From Ascidiella aspersa (taxonomy: Eukaryota): 64,000 nucleotides of DNA. The DNA lies in the NCBI GenBank assembly GCA_963924565.1, contig OZ004612.1, positions 6,882,001 to 6,946,000 on the forward strand, read 5' to 3'. Shown here piece by piece: positions 51,801-64,000 of this stretch. The stretch's first letter is position 1, and every line of letters begins with the position of its first letter. A program made the position numbers and the translations under genes. The notes beneath the pieces were generated by a model, which saw only the letters and a list, made by a program, of their open reading frames with translations, made no database searches and was not told where the DNA came from.

Positions 51801-54466
51801 GAATTCAGCCAAAACACCGAAATTAGAACAACATCAACGCCGGTATAAAACACAGTTGGAATAAGTCCTAAACCCGTCAGATAAAGACCTAAATGGCTAG
51901 AAATACACAACATTTTAGCAAACCTTAAACCCAACCCCTTAATTCGTCACTAAGTCTTCTAATAATTCAAACCCTAACTTAATTTCCAACCCCACCCATT
52001 AGGCTGAACAAAACTAACCCCCCAAAAATGAAAAACAACCAATGCGAAATTCGCAGCTCTCCAACTGCGCCCTAATCGCTGTTCAAACTAGAGCGCCCAA
52101 ACGTCGACACCAAAAGAAGCCAGATTGATGACCCCCGATCATTCCATAGCCTCTAACAACATTTTTAGGCATTTTTGTCCATTAGTAGGCCTAATTCTCT
52201 TAAACTTTGAACCTATTCTGACACAAAAACAGGTTTAGGTATTTTTAGGCGATTTTAGATCTTATTCTATTGTGGTTAGAAAACGATTTCTGCATATTAA
52301 TACCTGTGTGATTGATTTAGTTAAGCAACTGTTTTGAAATCCGACTTTCGGCGTTTGACGTAACGTAGATTTTAGTTTTTTTTTTAATTTATAAGGTACA
52401 CCTTGATTATTGCATAAGGGTAAAATGCCTGCCTTAATATATCATTTTCATTCAATTTTACTGTAAACAGTACATTTAAATACATTTAATAAACGCAAGT
52501 AAACATCTCCGGGAACGTCGCGGCACACCTGGCATGGTCTCGGCACACCGGTCGCGGAGCACTGTTATAGAGCAGCGTTAAGTTGCACTAGTACTGGTTT
52601 TACATGTCGTTACGTGTCGTTCATAGAAGCTGGTGCTACGCTATGGTTGAAATTAACTGTCATGTCCATATGCTCCTTCATTAAGACGCTAAAAATATGG
52701 TGCATGGTTACTACAAAAGACCCTATAAGCGTTTTCTGTAATGGAAACAGTTTTGTCTATTGTCCGAAGCTGAGTTCCTAATGTCTTTCTTTTGTTACAA
52801 TTGAAAACAATGATAAGACGTAGTAAACAAGTCTGGACAAAAAACTCAAACAAGCCTCGACTATAGGACTTTTACCATGTGTTCTGATGCTAACAGCTAG
52901 ACCAGGGGTGGGCAATTATTTTTAACCGCGGGCCGCATGAGAAACTTAAAATGCTGTGGCAGGCCAAGTCAAAAATAATATCTCAAATACACGCAATATG
53001 ACGTCTTTCTCTCACGGGATAAATATAGACTACATATATTGTTGATATATTGGCATTTATCGAGTTGTTGGGCGCGTTGACCTAAAAGTTAAGAATAAAA
53101 TACGCAAAAAATTTTCACAGAAAACGTTCAATGTTTTTTTTTGCTTTTTAAGGCTTTGAGTTGGCCTACCGATATGTTACTTGCGGTACAACGGCCTTAT
53201 TGCAACGATGGTATCAATCGGGTTCATTTACTAAACTTAAGACAAACATGTGCCGGCCAGGCTAACATTCGGCCTTGTCAGAAATGTTGGAACAATATGA
53301 CGAGCACGTTTTCAGCTTGTGCAAAAATGATGCTGACATTTAAAGTATGCCTAATTGTTTACACATTCTGTGCCCTATTAAACCTGAGGTCTCGTTTTTG
53401 TCATTCTTGTTTTTCATATTTTTTTGAAGTTGTATATATATTGTTTATTTTTCAATAGAAATTTATTTTTGGACGGCATAAAACCACAGTCTTCTAACAT
53501 AAGACCCGCTAAAAATGGTTGTATTGTTTCTGCATATAGTAAACAAATTTGGACAGCAGTTTCAATAAATTAGGACAGCGGTTTGAATAAAGTAGTTGAC
53601 TGACAACGAGCAATACACACAAAATAACTGATATTTAAACATGAAACCATGAATTATACCTTTATGTTAAAGACCCCAAACCCTGTACATATAGCCTTAT
53701 GCATTGTCAAGCTGGCCCGGAAATCAAATTTTGCCTAAAAGCTAGGAGGTTACCTGTACAATCCAAAAACGTCCGTGTCCACGTATTTGTCCCAACACAT
53801 ACCGCCGTGTTCTCACCGGCTGTTGAGGCGAATCCAGGGGCACAAGATGCTGTTACCTGCGTGTTGCCAACGTAACCAGGAAAGGCGGGAAGGAAAGGCG
53901 TAACCGATCCCCCATTGCTCACAGTCGGAGCCGCGTCGCAATAAAACGCTACGGCAAATTATAATGTATTTTATTGGGTGAACGATTGACATTGAGTGTG
54001 TACAAATTTTGTAACTAAATCAGTATGTCAAAGTCAAATCATTTGTGAAAATGGACAAGCCAAGTCTAAAAATCATGTAAAAAAAGGAACGTTTGTGAAA
54101 ATGCTGATTACAAGGGGAAATTGGCTTAAAACTTAAAAATCAGTAATTTTAGTTAATGCAGTACTGCAGTATACAGAGAAAATGTGATTGGTACTAAAAG
54201 TTAAAAAATAGGCGACAACAATCCAGCAACAACTGGAATGTATTCCATTTCCTACTTGTATAAACAAAAGAGAAACGAACTTTGTATTGCATTAACGGAG
54301 CCGCCTTTATAATAAATCCAATTGACATGTAAAATTCTTATATACGTTTAAACATTAGGGCAAACTGAGGCTTACTTTCGTTGTGAACAGATTCCGTGAA
54401 GCCGCTTTGTGCTTTTGCAATTGCAAGTGTAAGGAGAATGTTCGCAGCAATATTCATGAGATGCAT
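48784..54466 (-). CDS. Adhesion GPCR copy 3: signal peptide - Sushi/CCP - GAIN/GPS - 7TM
   Basis: Exons 54466-54376, 53948-53754 (C..P..G...C.PGF...C....W....C), 51168-50486, 50290-50059, 49691-49227, 49004-48784. TM exon sizes (232 and 465 bp) equal those of copies 1 and 2; GPS CECDHL/TVFAILL. Confidence 0.87.
51565..52564. mobile_element. hAT-like MITE (same family as 8686-9300, inverted) carrying a family-A insertion
   Basis: TIRs cagtgctccgc / gcggagcactg; subterminal ccgggaacgtcgcgg shared with 8708-8722; flanks cactagag / ttatagag. Confidence 0.8.
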
Positions 54467-55567
54467 CCTTGTCGTTGTTCTACTGTAGGCAGAAATTAAA
54501 CAACAGACGATTCCACTAAAGGAGGCGCAAAATGACTCACTGAAAAAAGAAGAATTTTAAACTAGATTTAGCATCAAGTTGCAGCAACATGTTTATGTTT
54601 TAAGCAGCATGAAATCACTTAATCTACAGTGTCTAATTGAAATAATATTTACCCGGTTTCCTATATTTTATGTGTAAAACGACGCTCGCTATAGGCTATA
54701 TGTACTAAAACTAAACAATTTTGTCAGAATTGTCGTATTAGTTTAATCATCGCGGTGGGGAACAAAGAAGAGCCATTTGCAGACAGTACAAGCAACAAAA
54801 AGTATCAAAATTATTTCAATACAAAAACGGTAAATAATGCAAGGCCAGCCGCAATAATAACGGAATTGTATTATAACAAAACGGTAATAATAAATACAAT
54901 AATAATGGTAATAGCAAAATAACACGCACAATATTTATTAATCTACACCTCTTGTCACACTGAATTTGAACACACTATAACCGATATATTTTGCTGAGTT
55001 CATTTAACGTATTTTCTAAAGTTACATTTGTTACCTCGCTCATAAACTATACACCGAATACCTTGTCACCTTACACGCATTAACAGTCTTAGGGAAAAAT
55101 ATTAAATTACAATATTAATCATTGATCAAACAAAATTAAAAATCTCAATTCAATTGTCGTCCAGCTGGTCACAACAGCAAGGAGCACAATACATAACAAA
55201 ATATTCTCACGTTAATCATTGTGTCTATTCTTATTTATCATGTCAAAACGTGAAGGCGCTAGGAAAATAGCACACGAAAAGGAAATCCCGTGTTTTTTCC
55301 AGCAAATAATGCATTTGGTCTTAATGTAAAACAATGAGGTATCAGCGTATAGTCGTATTGAACGCTCACCTTTAAAACGATCAAGAAAATCTAGCATCGT
55401 CGTATTGCAAAAACTAAAAATACAAACAAATCAAATATAATCGTCGCATCAAATAATTCTAGCGGAAATAGCCTACGTAGTCAAAGTAATTTCTATATAT
55501 GTATGTCTTTAGTCCCTATAGCTAGCATTCAATGACTTTAACCGCGGCCTAAAACTGTACTTTAACC

Positions 55568-55904
55568 CAGTGGTTCCCAAAATGTGGACCTTGGCCCAGT
55601 ATTGGGCCATGAGTCTATTTTAAGTAGGCCATAGGGCTATTTGAAAATATTGCAACTCTACAATATGTGGTAATAAAATAGTTCTTGGCGTATGTAAAAT
55701 ATTTTGTGAAAACTGGGCGACCGTGCCAGCTGTGTTTAACTTTGACAGACTGGAAACTTATTAAGCTCCATTTGTTGCCAGGAATAATAATCCTGATAAT
55801 ATCGGCAAACTTTTATGAATCGATATGCAATAGTCATTACCAGAGGTGAAAAAGCGATGGGCCACGATCTTTTTTCCACGGAATAAAAAAGTTTGGACCC
55901 ACTG
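55568..55904. mobile_element. MITE
   Basis: TIRs cagtggttcccaaa / tttggacccactg; TSD only partial. Confidence 0.65.
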
Positions 55905-57353
55905 CTGAACCGATGCACAGTAAGCTCAAAACACGGTTTTGTTGCAAAATCACGTACGGTCCTTCAATGCCTACGATATACTTCAGAGTCCATACGTTAA
56001 CCGATATCACCAAGCATTGCCCTTTCTTTCATTTGCGTGACTTTACGCTTTAAAAATATGGGGACCATTCTTGTATGACTGCCCTAGCGGCAAATGTTTT
56101 CCGCACATCACCGACTCCCCAATTCATACTTCGGTTGCTTAACGGCTGCAACTGCCACATCTTAACAAATATATTTTCGCCCTGTAAAATTTGACCGCCA
56201 TTGTTCGCAGGCTTTAGATTACTTCCGCTTTAAATTTACCCGACCTGTCTTGGTGCCGCCTTCCAAAACAATTTGCCTATGGCGAAATTTAACGCTGTTT
56301 CCTGTAGGATAAAATGTTAGACAGTGATTTGATTCCTATTTTGTATCTTACATTTTTTCCTCCAACAAAAAACTTCATCGAAAGCTGCACATGCTTCCAT
56401 AAAAATAATATTTTAAAATTCTCCAACTTCCAAACTCGTATAAACAAAGCTGAATTCTAATTTTGACAAAAGACGTGCCGGTTTAAACATTTCGTCGTTG
56501 AAATATTACAACTATAGTTGTCATTATAGCCTCTAAAAATAACACATTTTCACACGTATTTCAACTGCCTAAAATTTGTTAAATTTTCGGTAATCTCAAA
56601 CTTTCGAAGATGTATGTGCTGTATAGCAAAAAAACGAAAACATTAGTATGAGGTCGCAATCTGAAATTGTCAGATCTGATCTGTATGGGATCGCAATCCA
56701 AATTACACTTCTTGAAAGATTAATTTAATTATGTTATTGGATGCAGTTACTTTGCTGTTTTGCAAAATCCGGGGATATGAAACTACTGCCATTTCCGAGT
56801 ATTAGCAACTAAACTTTCATAAAATAAAATACTATGTCGTTACAGTGGGGGATGTTGTCCTATTGAAATCGCATTGTAAAAATATGTTCTTAGTTGAACT
56901 TGTTGGCTTGGTAAGGTCGATTCCCTTCAGTTTGCACTTACCTAGCAGAAGTTTGCCAATGGCTGGTCAACGTATCTCAGATTGTCGCATTCGCATCTGC
57001 AATATTGCATGAAATTCAATCGAGCTTGTATGAATGAAAAGCAGATGTTTTTTTTTATATATCTTAATTTCTTTCTTTTTTGAAATCATGACTTTCAGTC
57101 GTTTATCAAACGAAACTGTTTTTAGCGGTGTACTGCTTCATGCCTTTTAAACACTTCAAAACACCTATGATCGATATATGTTTAATGTCACTTTGAGGTG
57201 ATTCGGGGCACTTTTAGGCAATTTCCGATTTTTAATGCAGTTTAACTATACCTACATTTGTCGACCATAAGGCACGCCTCACTAGGGGGTTAAGTGGTTT
57301 AAATTGTTCCATGCTTCGCTTGGGTTTATTCTGATTTTATGCTGCCCTATAAG

Positions 57354-57857
57354 CAGTGGTGGGATTCAAATTTTTTGTCAACCGGTTCTATCACCAAAAG
57401 TAATATATTTCAGCCGGTTCTGTTACAAAAAGTCATATTCTTTTACCGGGAAATAATTAAAGTAGTTGCAAGAACAGGATGCAACTCAGGTTCTAGCAAA
57501 TTTTTGCGAACTGCGAACAGGCTGAATCCCATCAGCTAACAGCCACACTAAAAAGCAGCAGTCTTATGACTTGTACTTACGACGCAACAACTAAATTTTC
57601 AGACAAACCATACCAGAAGAAAATTACTGCAAATATAAAAATTAACACAATGTATGACTGTTACCTGTGACTTTGCACATTGCACATTAAAAAAAAAACA
57701 ACATATGAGCTACTTGGATCGAAAAAAAATCAATGTATGGAATAAGATGCAGAAATCCATTGACATAGTAACCAGTAATGCTAACCGGTTCGCTGATTTC
57801 ATAAAATGTCGCCAGACGATCTATACAATGGTGCGAACCGGCTGAATTCCACCACTG
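57354..57857. mobile_element. hAT-like MITE
   Basis: TIRs cagtggtgggattca / tgaattccaccactg (14/15); perfect 8-bp TSD cctataag. Confidence 0.92.
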
Positions 57858-58139
57858 CCTATAAGCAAGGATATTATTGGTACGCAGTTATGGTTTATAA
57901 TTTTACTATTTGCTTGTTTTTGAGCAACTCACAATCTAAACAAAAATCGGTATTTCCCTTTAAAATATTTTCTTATTTTTCCGGCCGATTGAGTTATTAT
58001 GAAGACAAACGAAGATTTAAGTCATTTTTATAGCAAGTCAAATTTAGTCAAGCCGATGACCTAAAAATGAAGCGCAAACTTGTAAAATTGGTAAACCTGT
58101 CCAATTATAAGTGTACCCCCAGAGGAGACGGGGATGTGA

Positions 58140-58345
58140 ACATTTTTTGCACAATATGCGCAAAAATGTGCACGCCAAAATGTGCAAAAAATGTGCGCAC
58201 ATTAATAGCTTCAAAAATGTGCGCACTTTTGCCACAATGTGCGCACATTTTATAATGCCTTCAAAAAAGTGCGCACTTTTCTTTAACAATGTGCGCACAT
58301 TTTGAACTGGCTTCAAAAAGGTGCCCACATTTTTTAACAATATTG
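58140..58345. repeat. Minisatellite of palindromic aatgtgcgcacatt cores
   Basis: About seven variants of (aaa)atgtgcgcacatt(tt). Confidence 0.85.
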
Positions 58346-58665
58346 AAAACCACTGTGCGGTAATTACAATACTGATTTTAAGTATTTGGTATCCTGTTTG
58401 TCTTGTTTGAAAAACGGGGATATTTTGTAGTTTCGTAAACAACCGAATTACAAAGAGATCGAAACTTCGGGTTAGCGACGCTTTCTGTCGCTATGTAATG
58501 TAATATGGCCTGGCGTTATTTGAAATCACACAAGGCGTTTCGGCTATACTGCTCGTGTATTGTTGATAAAAATATTGGTGCTTTCCAATAGATTGTTGTT
58601 CCTTGTTGCTACGATACACGACATACCTTAAATGTTTATTGGTAATTTCTTGTCATACTGTAAGG

Positions 58666-59030
58666 CGGTGGTTCTCAACCTTTTTTCATTACTGTCCCGT
58701 TTTCGTTGCACAAAAATTGTGGCCCAATAAAGTTTTATGAAAGAACAAACTATAAAAAGGGTTTAGAACAAATATAGCGGAGCATATATCAAAACAGATT
58801 ATTAATTCAACCGTGCATTAGTGAGGTACTTGCTTCTGAACAATAAGTTTACATTCCTTCTAGATTCTAAAGCCATTACCCCAAGCCATTATTTCCATAT
58901 AATTAAGTATAGTGACACAAATAAAAATAAATTCTTCAATAAATCTAGCTTTTTTTATTTCGGCTGTGGCCCACCTAAAATGTTTCCATGCCCCACCAGT
59001 GTGCCATAGCCCACTGATTGAGAACCGCTG
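58666..59030. mobile_element. MITE
   Basis: TIRs cggtggttctcaa / ttgagaaccgctg; no clean TSD. Confidence 0.65.
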
Positions 59031-60721
59031 TTATAGGTAATACTGTGCAATTATAATACTAGAACACAGGGTCGTCGCACTACGGCCAATGGTGTTAATT
59101 ATTTCGGCAAACGTCATTTTGGTGAAAAAGCAGTTAATTAAATTATATTTTGCTATTGATTTAACGACAATCAGGTTGCAGTCTTACGCTGAAGAATACC
59201 TTTGGACATGACATCATTTATAACAAAAAAAAATTAAATTATAAGTGTTTAGGAACAACACGTTAACCATAAATCGCTAGTCCACATTGGGATAAATTTA
59301 ATATTAAAACCGACAAGAATCTAGCAAACTTAAATATTATAGGATACACGCAAGTTTTTGTCGGGTGCAAATCTAAACCATCTTTTCATGAAAGTTAAAC
59401 ATATCGACAATATTATCAAGCTCTGTATAATGTTTTTTATTAAATTTTTCGACTTTGTCCACCGCACTGTAACATAATATCGCAAGATGCTGACTAAAAT
59501 CACACAAGGCATTGTGACTACTGTTGTTTTGTTGTTAAAATCATCGGTGGTTTCCAATGAATTGTTGTTCCTTGTTACGATAGGCCTACATTACACTGTC
59601 GCTACGATACGCTAAACAACATTGTTGCTACGTTAGGTTACATCGTTGCTAGGCTACTCCCATACTTCGTGTTTCATTTCGACACTGATAGTTTGGACAA
59701 ATCAACCTGTCGATACCTCATCACGTCATTAAAATGGTCAAAAAGTTAAACCATGAAAAGGCAATGTACCTCAGGTTATCAGGCCAAAGCTACCTTAGCG
59801 CTAACAAGCCTAATTAACTTTAATAACATTTATTGTTTGTAATAATTTACCATTCAAGGCGGAAATGCACAAATTAATTTGGTATCTGATCGGCACCGAT
59901 AACACTCCATTATAGGAGTTCCTATACTACCTCTTGTCATCGGGTACCGGCTCCTAACGATGTATCATACATCACTACTCGCTCTTTGTAAAAATTGGCC
60001 AATGCGTTGTAAACCAGAAATTAATTTCGTTTCAATATCCTTGAAACATTACTAATTTGCAGCAATATTGTTGTCAGCTTATTTCTGTTGGGGTTGTTTT
60101 TGTATTTTTGCTCATCTGTTTATTTAAATTATTAGTTTACTGTAATAAAATTGCGTGGCTGTATTAAAAAACAAATAAAAATAACCTAAGCATAAATAAA
60201 TAAAATAAAATACTCAATCTTTGTTTCATTCTAACTACAGAAGGACCAACCCGACGATTCTAAACCTTTGCTATAATTAGAACCAATCCCTGGTAAGACG
60301 ATATCAAGTCTTTTGTACTGTGGGACTTTACAAGGAGAATGCTTCGGTGTATCACTTGCGACCAAAGCTATATAAAAAGCACAGGACAGGCTTATAACAG
60401 AATAACCATGGGGCAACTGTAGGTTGGCGTGATATCCGAAAAAAATAGTTGTATGAAAAGCAATAGAAGTTATATGAAACTTGTGCTAGGCGTTGAAAGT
60501 TAAGAAGGGTCAGTTGCGCTTGGTAATATTTAGCAATATGAACACGGGCTAAACCTGCTTTGGCCAAAATTATTAGCATTGTTTAGGCATAGCCAGAAAT
60601 TTGCCATTCTTTGCATCGAATTTATTATCGTTAATCAGATCAGAAGCATCGATAAATTATCAAATCATATTTGTATTCGATAAAAACTGATTTTAGCATA
60701 CATAACGCAAACGTTTTTAAG

Positions 60722-63700
60722 CTTCCCAAAATAACAACAACGACAACAAAATGAACTGGGAATCATGGAAACAAGAACACGGTAAGCCCTGGTTAACGTG
60801 TTTTATAAAATTATCGCAACAAAATACACAAGGCCCGTGTGTTCGATGACGTCAACTTGAGTTGATGACGTCAAACGTATAAATAGTCTTTCGGGCATAT
60901 TTCTGTCAATATACTCTTGTAGTATGTGCTTCATACCAGCGGTTCCGAAAGGATGTGTCGCGAACCAAACATGAGTCGCAAAGTACAAAAAATGGGTCGC
61001 GCAGTTTCGATTAAAATCTGCCAAAAATTGCACTTTTTTATAATTTATATCTATGAAGAGTTAGTTCCATTGCAATATATTGACTGAAATATTGCAACAA
61101 GCGCATTTCTTTGTATTCGTCTCATTGAACTGAATTAGTGCATCTTAGGCAGTTTTAGTGATATTCAACTCTCTTCCTTCTTTAAATTCCCTTCATTAAT
61201 TAAAAAGCCGAGTTTATTTGATTTCGGAACAATATTTAAACTAAATAGTTTAATAAACAGAACAGTGAATTAAAACGCCAATAATCTATTTTAAACGGTT
61301 TGCTAATAATTGACTAATAAAACCTCACATATTACATGCTACTTGCCGTGTCTTAGGTCGCGTGATGACCACAAAACTTAAATTTGGATTGCACTCCCAA
61401 ACGTTTAAGAACCACTGTTTGATAGCACATTCGTCTGCGTTGCTTTGCCGGTAGAGCGACGGTTCTGGTTTGACGACTGAGGTTGTGAGTTCAAATCTCT
61501 TATAAATAGGTTAAACATAATTAAATAAATAGTCTATAGCCAAACAATTTATTTTATTTTTTTAAAATGCTCATCTTGTGAAAACTTTATTTTCAACCAA
61601 AAACTCTTACAATTACTTGGCCTAAAAGCCTTAAGATTAACTCGCCCAAACTGTGTTTTGCTGTTTAGGAGGGTTTTCAGAAGCAGAAGATGCAGAGAAG
61701 AAGCGAGCGTGGGAAGCAACTCTTGCTAAAGTGACAGCTCACAACTTAAAGTACGACCAGGGTCTGGTTTCCTATCGACTTGGAATGAACAAGTTTGCTG
61801 TACAGGTGACGTTATACGACCCACACTGAATTTTACTTTTTGTTTTACCCTAACGCTTTTCAGGAGTATTAAACTTGATAACCTACAATAGATCCAACTG
61901 TTCAGATGTAAAAATTACATAGCTTAATAATATTGTGAAATAATAAATAAAATCACGTCATCATTTTGGCTTGCTTAACGAGCTTCAAGGAAACTGAAAA
62001 TTAGGTGGTTTACTTGATTTTTTCTTTTGCAAAGAAATGATTTATTTTAAACTCCTTGTAATTTGGTTAAGACATGGCACATGTATAAAGCAAGACATAT
62101 AATTAGCCAAAAATGCAATAACCTCATGTTTTGCACAAGTCGACGACTTTTTAAATAATATAAGTTTGAAAAAATATGAATTATACCAACTAATACTATC
62201 GGTAATAAGCAAAACTGGGTTGGTATCTCATACCAAATCAACATTTCTAGAGTAAAATTTAAAGATAAAGGTTGTCTAAAGCAAATGAACACTTCGGCGA
62301 AGTTCACTGAAAATTATTATTGCAATTATTGCACGTTACAATTTGACAGTTTTGGTTGTTAGGCCATTTTGACACCATTTGGGTAGGCATAAATACCTTA
62401 GTCTAGCACTTTTTATAACCGGTACGCCATGTAAGGTTGCTAGGTGCGCCGCGGACAAAAGCGAAAATATTTTATAACATAAAATATATACTTTTTTGCG
62501 GCATAGCTCAAAGACCCCACAGTACTTTTAAGATACAAACTATAAAGCCTATGTAATGAATAAGAAAAACCAGAAATCTTTAAGATATGATACTTATGGT
62601 GTAATAAAATATACGCTAAACACAGTACTCTTCAATATACGAAACCTATGTAACGAAAACTGTACTTTTTGAGATAGAAAAAAAACAGTACTCTTTAACA
62701 TATGTCTATGTAATAAAAGTTTGCAAGCAATTCAAGAGAAATGGTGGTACATTAAAAAAAATAGCGCTTATTTGAAGGTCTATACTAGTTCACCCTGGCT
62801 TAAAAAATGTCCCTATAGTCAAATATTATTATCAATATATTCTTCCTGCTTTAGCGCCCACCACTTATGAGCACACCAGGAGAAATGGTAGCCGACCCAA
62901 CTGCGTTTCCATTGACACAAGCTTCACAAAATACAAAGTTGCCGGAGTCGGTGGACTACAGAGTTAAGGGTTGGGTTACATCTATGAAGAATCAGGGCCA
63001 GTGTGGAAGCTGCTACGCCTTCGCCGCTGTAAGTCAAATGTTTAATTAAATTTAGTGGGAAAAGTAAAATGATTTTAAAGCATAATCGTTGGAAGTTTTA
63101 GTAAGACGTAGTAAGAACACCAAAGCCCATACAGAAATAGGTATGTATCGTTTTTAACATTTCGAATATCTCTTTATTTATTTTCAAAGAAGTATGAAAA
63201 GACTGAAAACAAATTGTTCAAAATAATACTAAAATGTGCCATTTCGTCGAAGCTCGAGTCCGGCTTCACTTTTCAGCCTGTATTTTACTCATCTATATAA
63301 ATTAGATGGGTATTCAGCAACCCACTTATATGAGTGCAATCTCTAGATGGGTCAATGAAGTTAAATTCTTAGAGTTTAATTAAGAAAAAATGCTTTCGCG
63401 CCTTCTTCATGTATTTAGACTTTATTTAAGTTGCACATCTGTTGGACGGAAAACAGCAGGTTTCGTAAGTCTTCTTGTTTTATGACGTCATTTTATGACG
63501 TTATCTCTAAAAATCCCACGCTGACCTTGGTCCACGCGCATCAGAAAAATTGTAAGGGTTTGCTTTAAAATAAGTTTAAGAACCACTGACCTATAAGCCC
63601 AAAAAGTAAGACATTTAAGCCAGTTTATCGTTTCAGGTTGGTGTTATGGAGGCACAAATTAAAAGGACTGACGACAGACTTGTGAGCCTGAGCACCCAGC

Positions 63701-63813
63701 AACTTGTTGATTGCTCTGACAACTATGGTTGTGGGGGAGGCCACCCGACCAAATGCTTTGAATACGCTAAAAACGGCTTAGCTTGTGATGATTACTACCC
63801 CTACACGGGTAAG
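60722..63813 (+). CDS. Papain-family (C1A) cathepsin L-like cysteine protease, partial
   Basis: Exons 60722-60781 (WESWKQEH), 61669-61805 (I29 propeptide, HN..YDQG..SY.LGMNKF), 62855-63028 (LPESVDYR...[12 protein letters not shown]) and 63637-63813 ([19 protein letters not shown]). The signal-peptide exon is unresolved; the catalytic His/Asn exons lie beyond the window. Confidence 0.9.
60937..61417. mobile_element. MITE in cathepsin intron
   Basis: Ends cagcggttcc / agaaccactg; flanks cttcatac / tttgatag (5/8). Confidence 0.6.
61445..61499 (+). mobile_element. Possible tRNA-derived SINE head (degenerate)
   Basis: A-box-like gccggtagagcg and B-box-like gagttcaaatc at tRNA-like spacing; no complete cloverleaf. 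Confidence 0.3.
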
Positions 63814-64000
63814 GTAGGTCTCGGCGTGGTGAGCGCTATAATGTCACATAAAATTTAAACTTTTAACTACCATAAAGAAGTTTTTTTAACTAAATATAGA
63901 ATTGAAAAAAAAAATTTTTTAGATGTACGCAATTTTTTTATTAGATATGAGCACTTTTCAGTACATGTAAGCACTTACAGAATTTAAAAATAAGCTAAAC

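Noticed and set aside
52610-52722. Possible stalk exon of copy 3 (MTVNFNHSVAPASMND, echoing HSVAP in copy 2)
   Set aside because: The donor phase does not fit the GAIN exon and a stop follows; at best a relic, so it is left out of the model.

Overview
AT-rich animal genomic DNA with spliceosomal introns and many non-autonomous DNA transposons with 8-bp target-site duplications (TSDs). The overall look is invertebrate chordate or tunicate-like, which is inference only. The core is a cluster of three adhesion-type GPCR genes: 19258-25183 (+), 30708-39615 (+) and 48784-54466 (-). They share a GAIN/GPS exon and near-identical 7TM exons, but each has a different N-terminal sensor: C-type lectin plus Thr-rich stalk, von Willebrand A plus short stalk, and Sushi/CCP. 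Relics of a fourth copy lie at about 42-45 kb, and an ~850-bp tandem array separates copies 1 and 2. Also present are a decayed Cys-rich/Gly-Pro-repeat gene (14.6-17.1 kb, -), the 5' part of a cathepsin L-like gene (60.7 kb onward, +), several pseudogene fragments and minisatellites. A ~1.5-kb ORF-less, plus-strand-structured segment (9640-11110) is followed by degenerate hammerhead-like motifs (11345-11485). All gene models were spliced by eye from GT-AG sites and reading phase; no database search was run.
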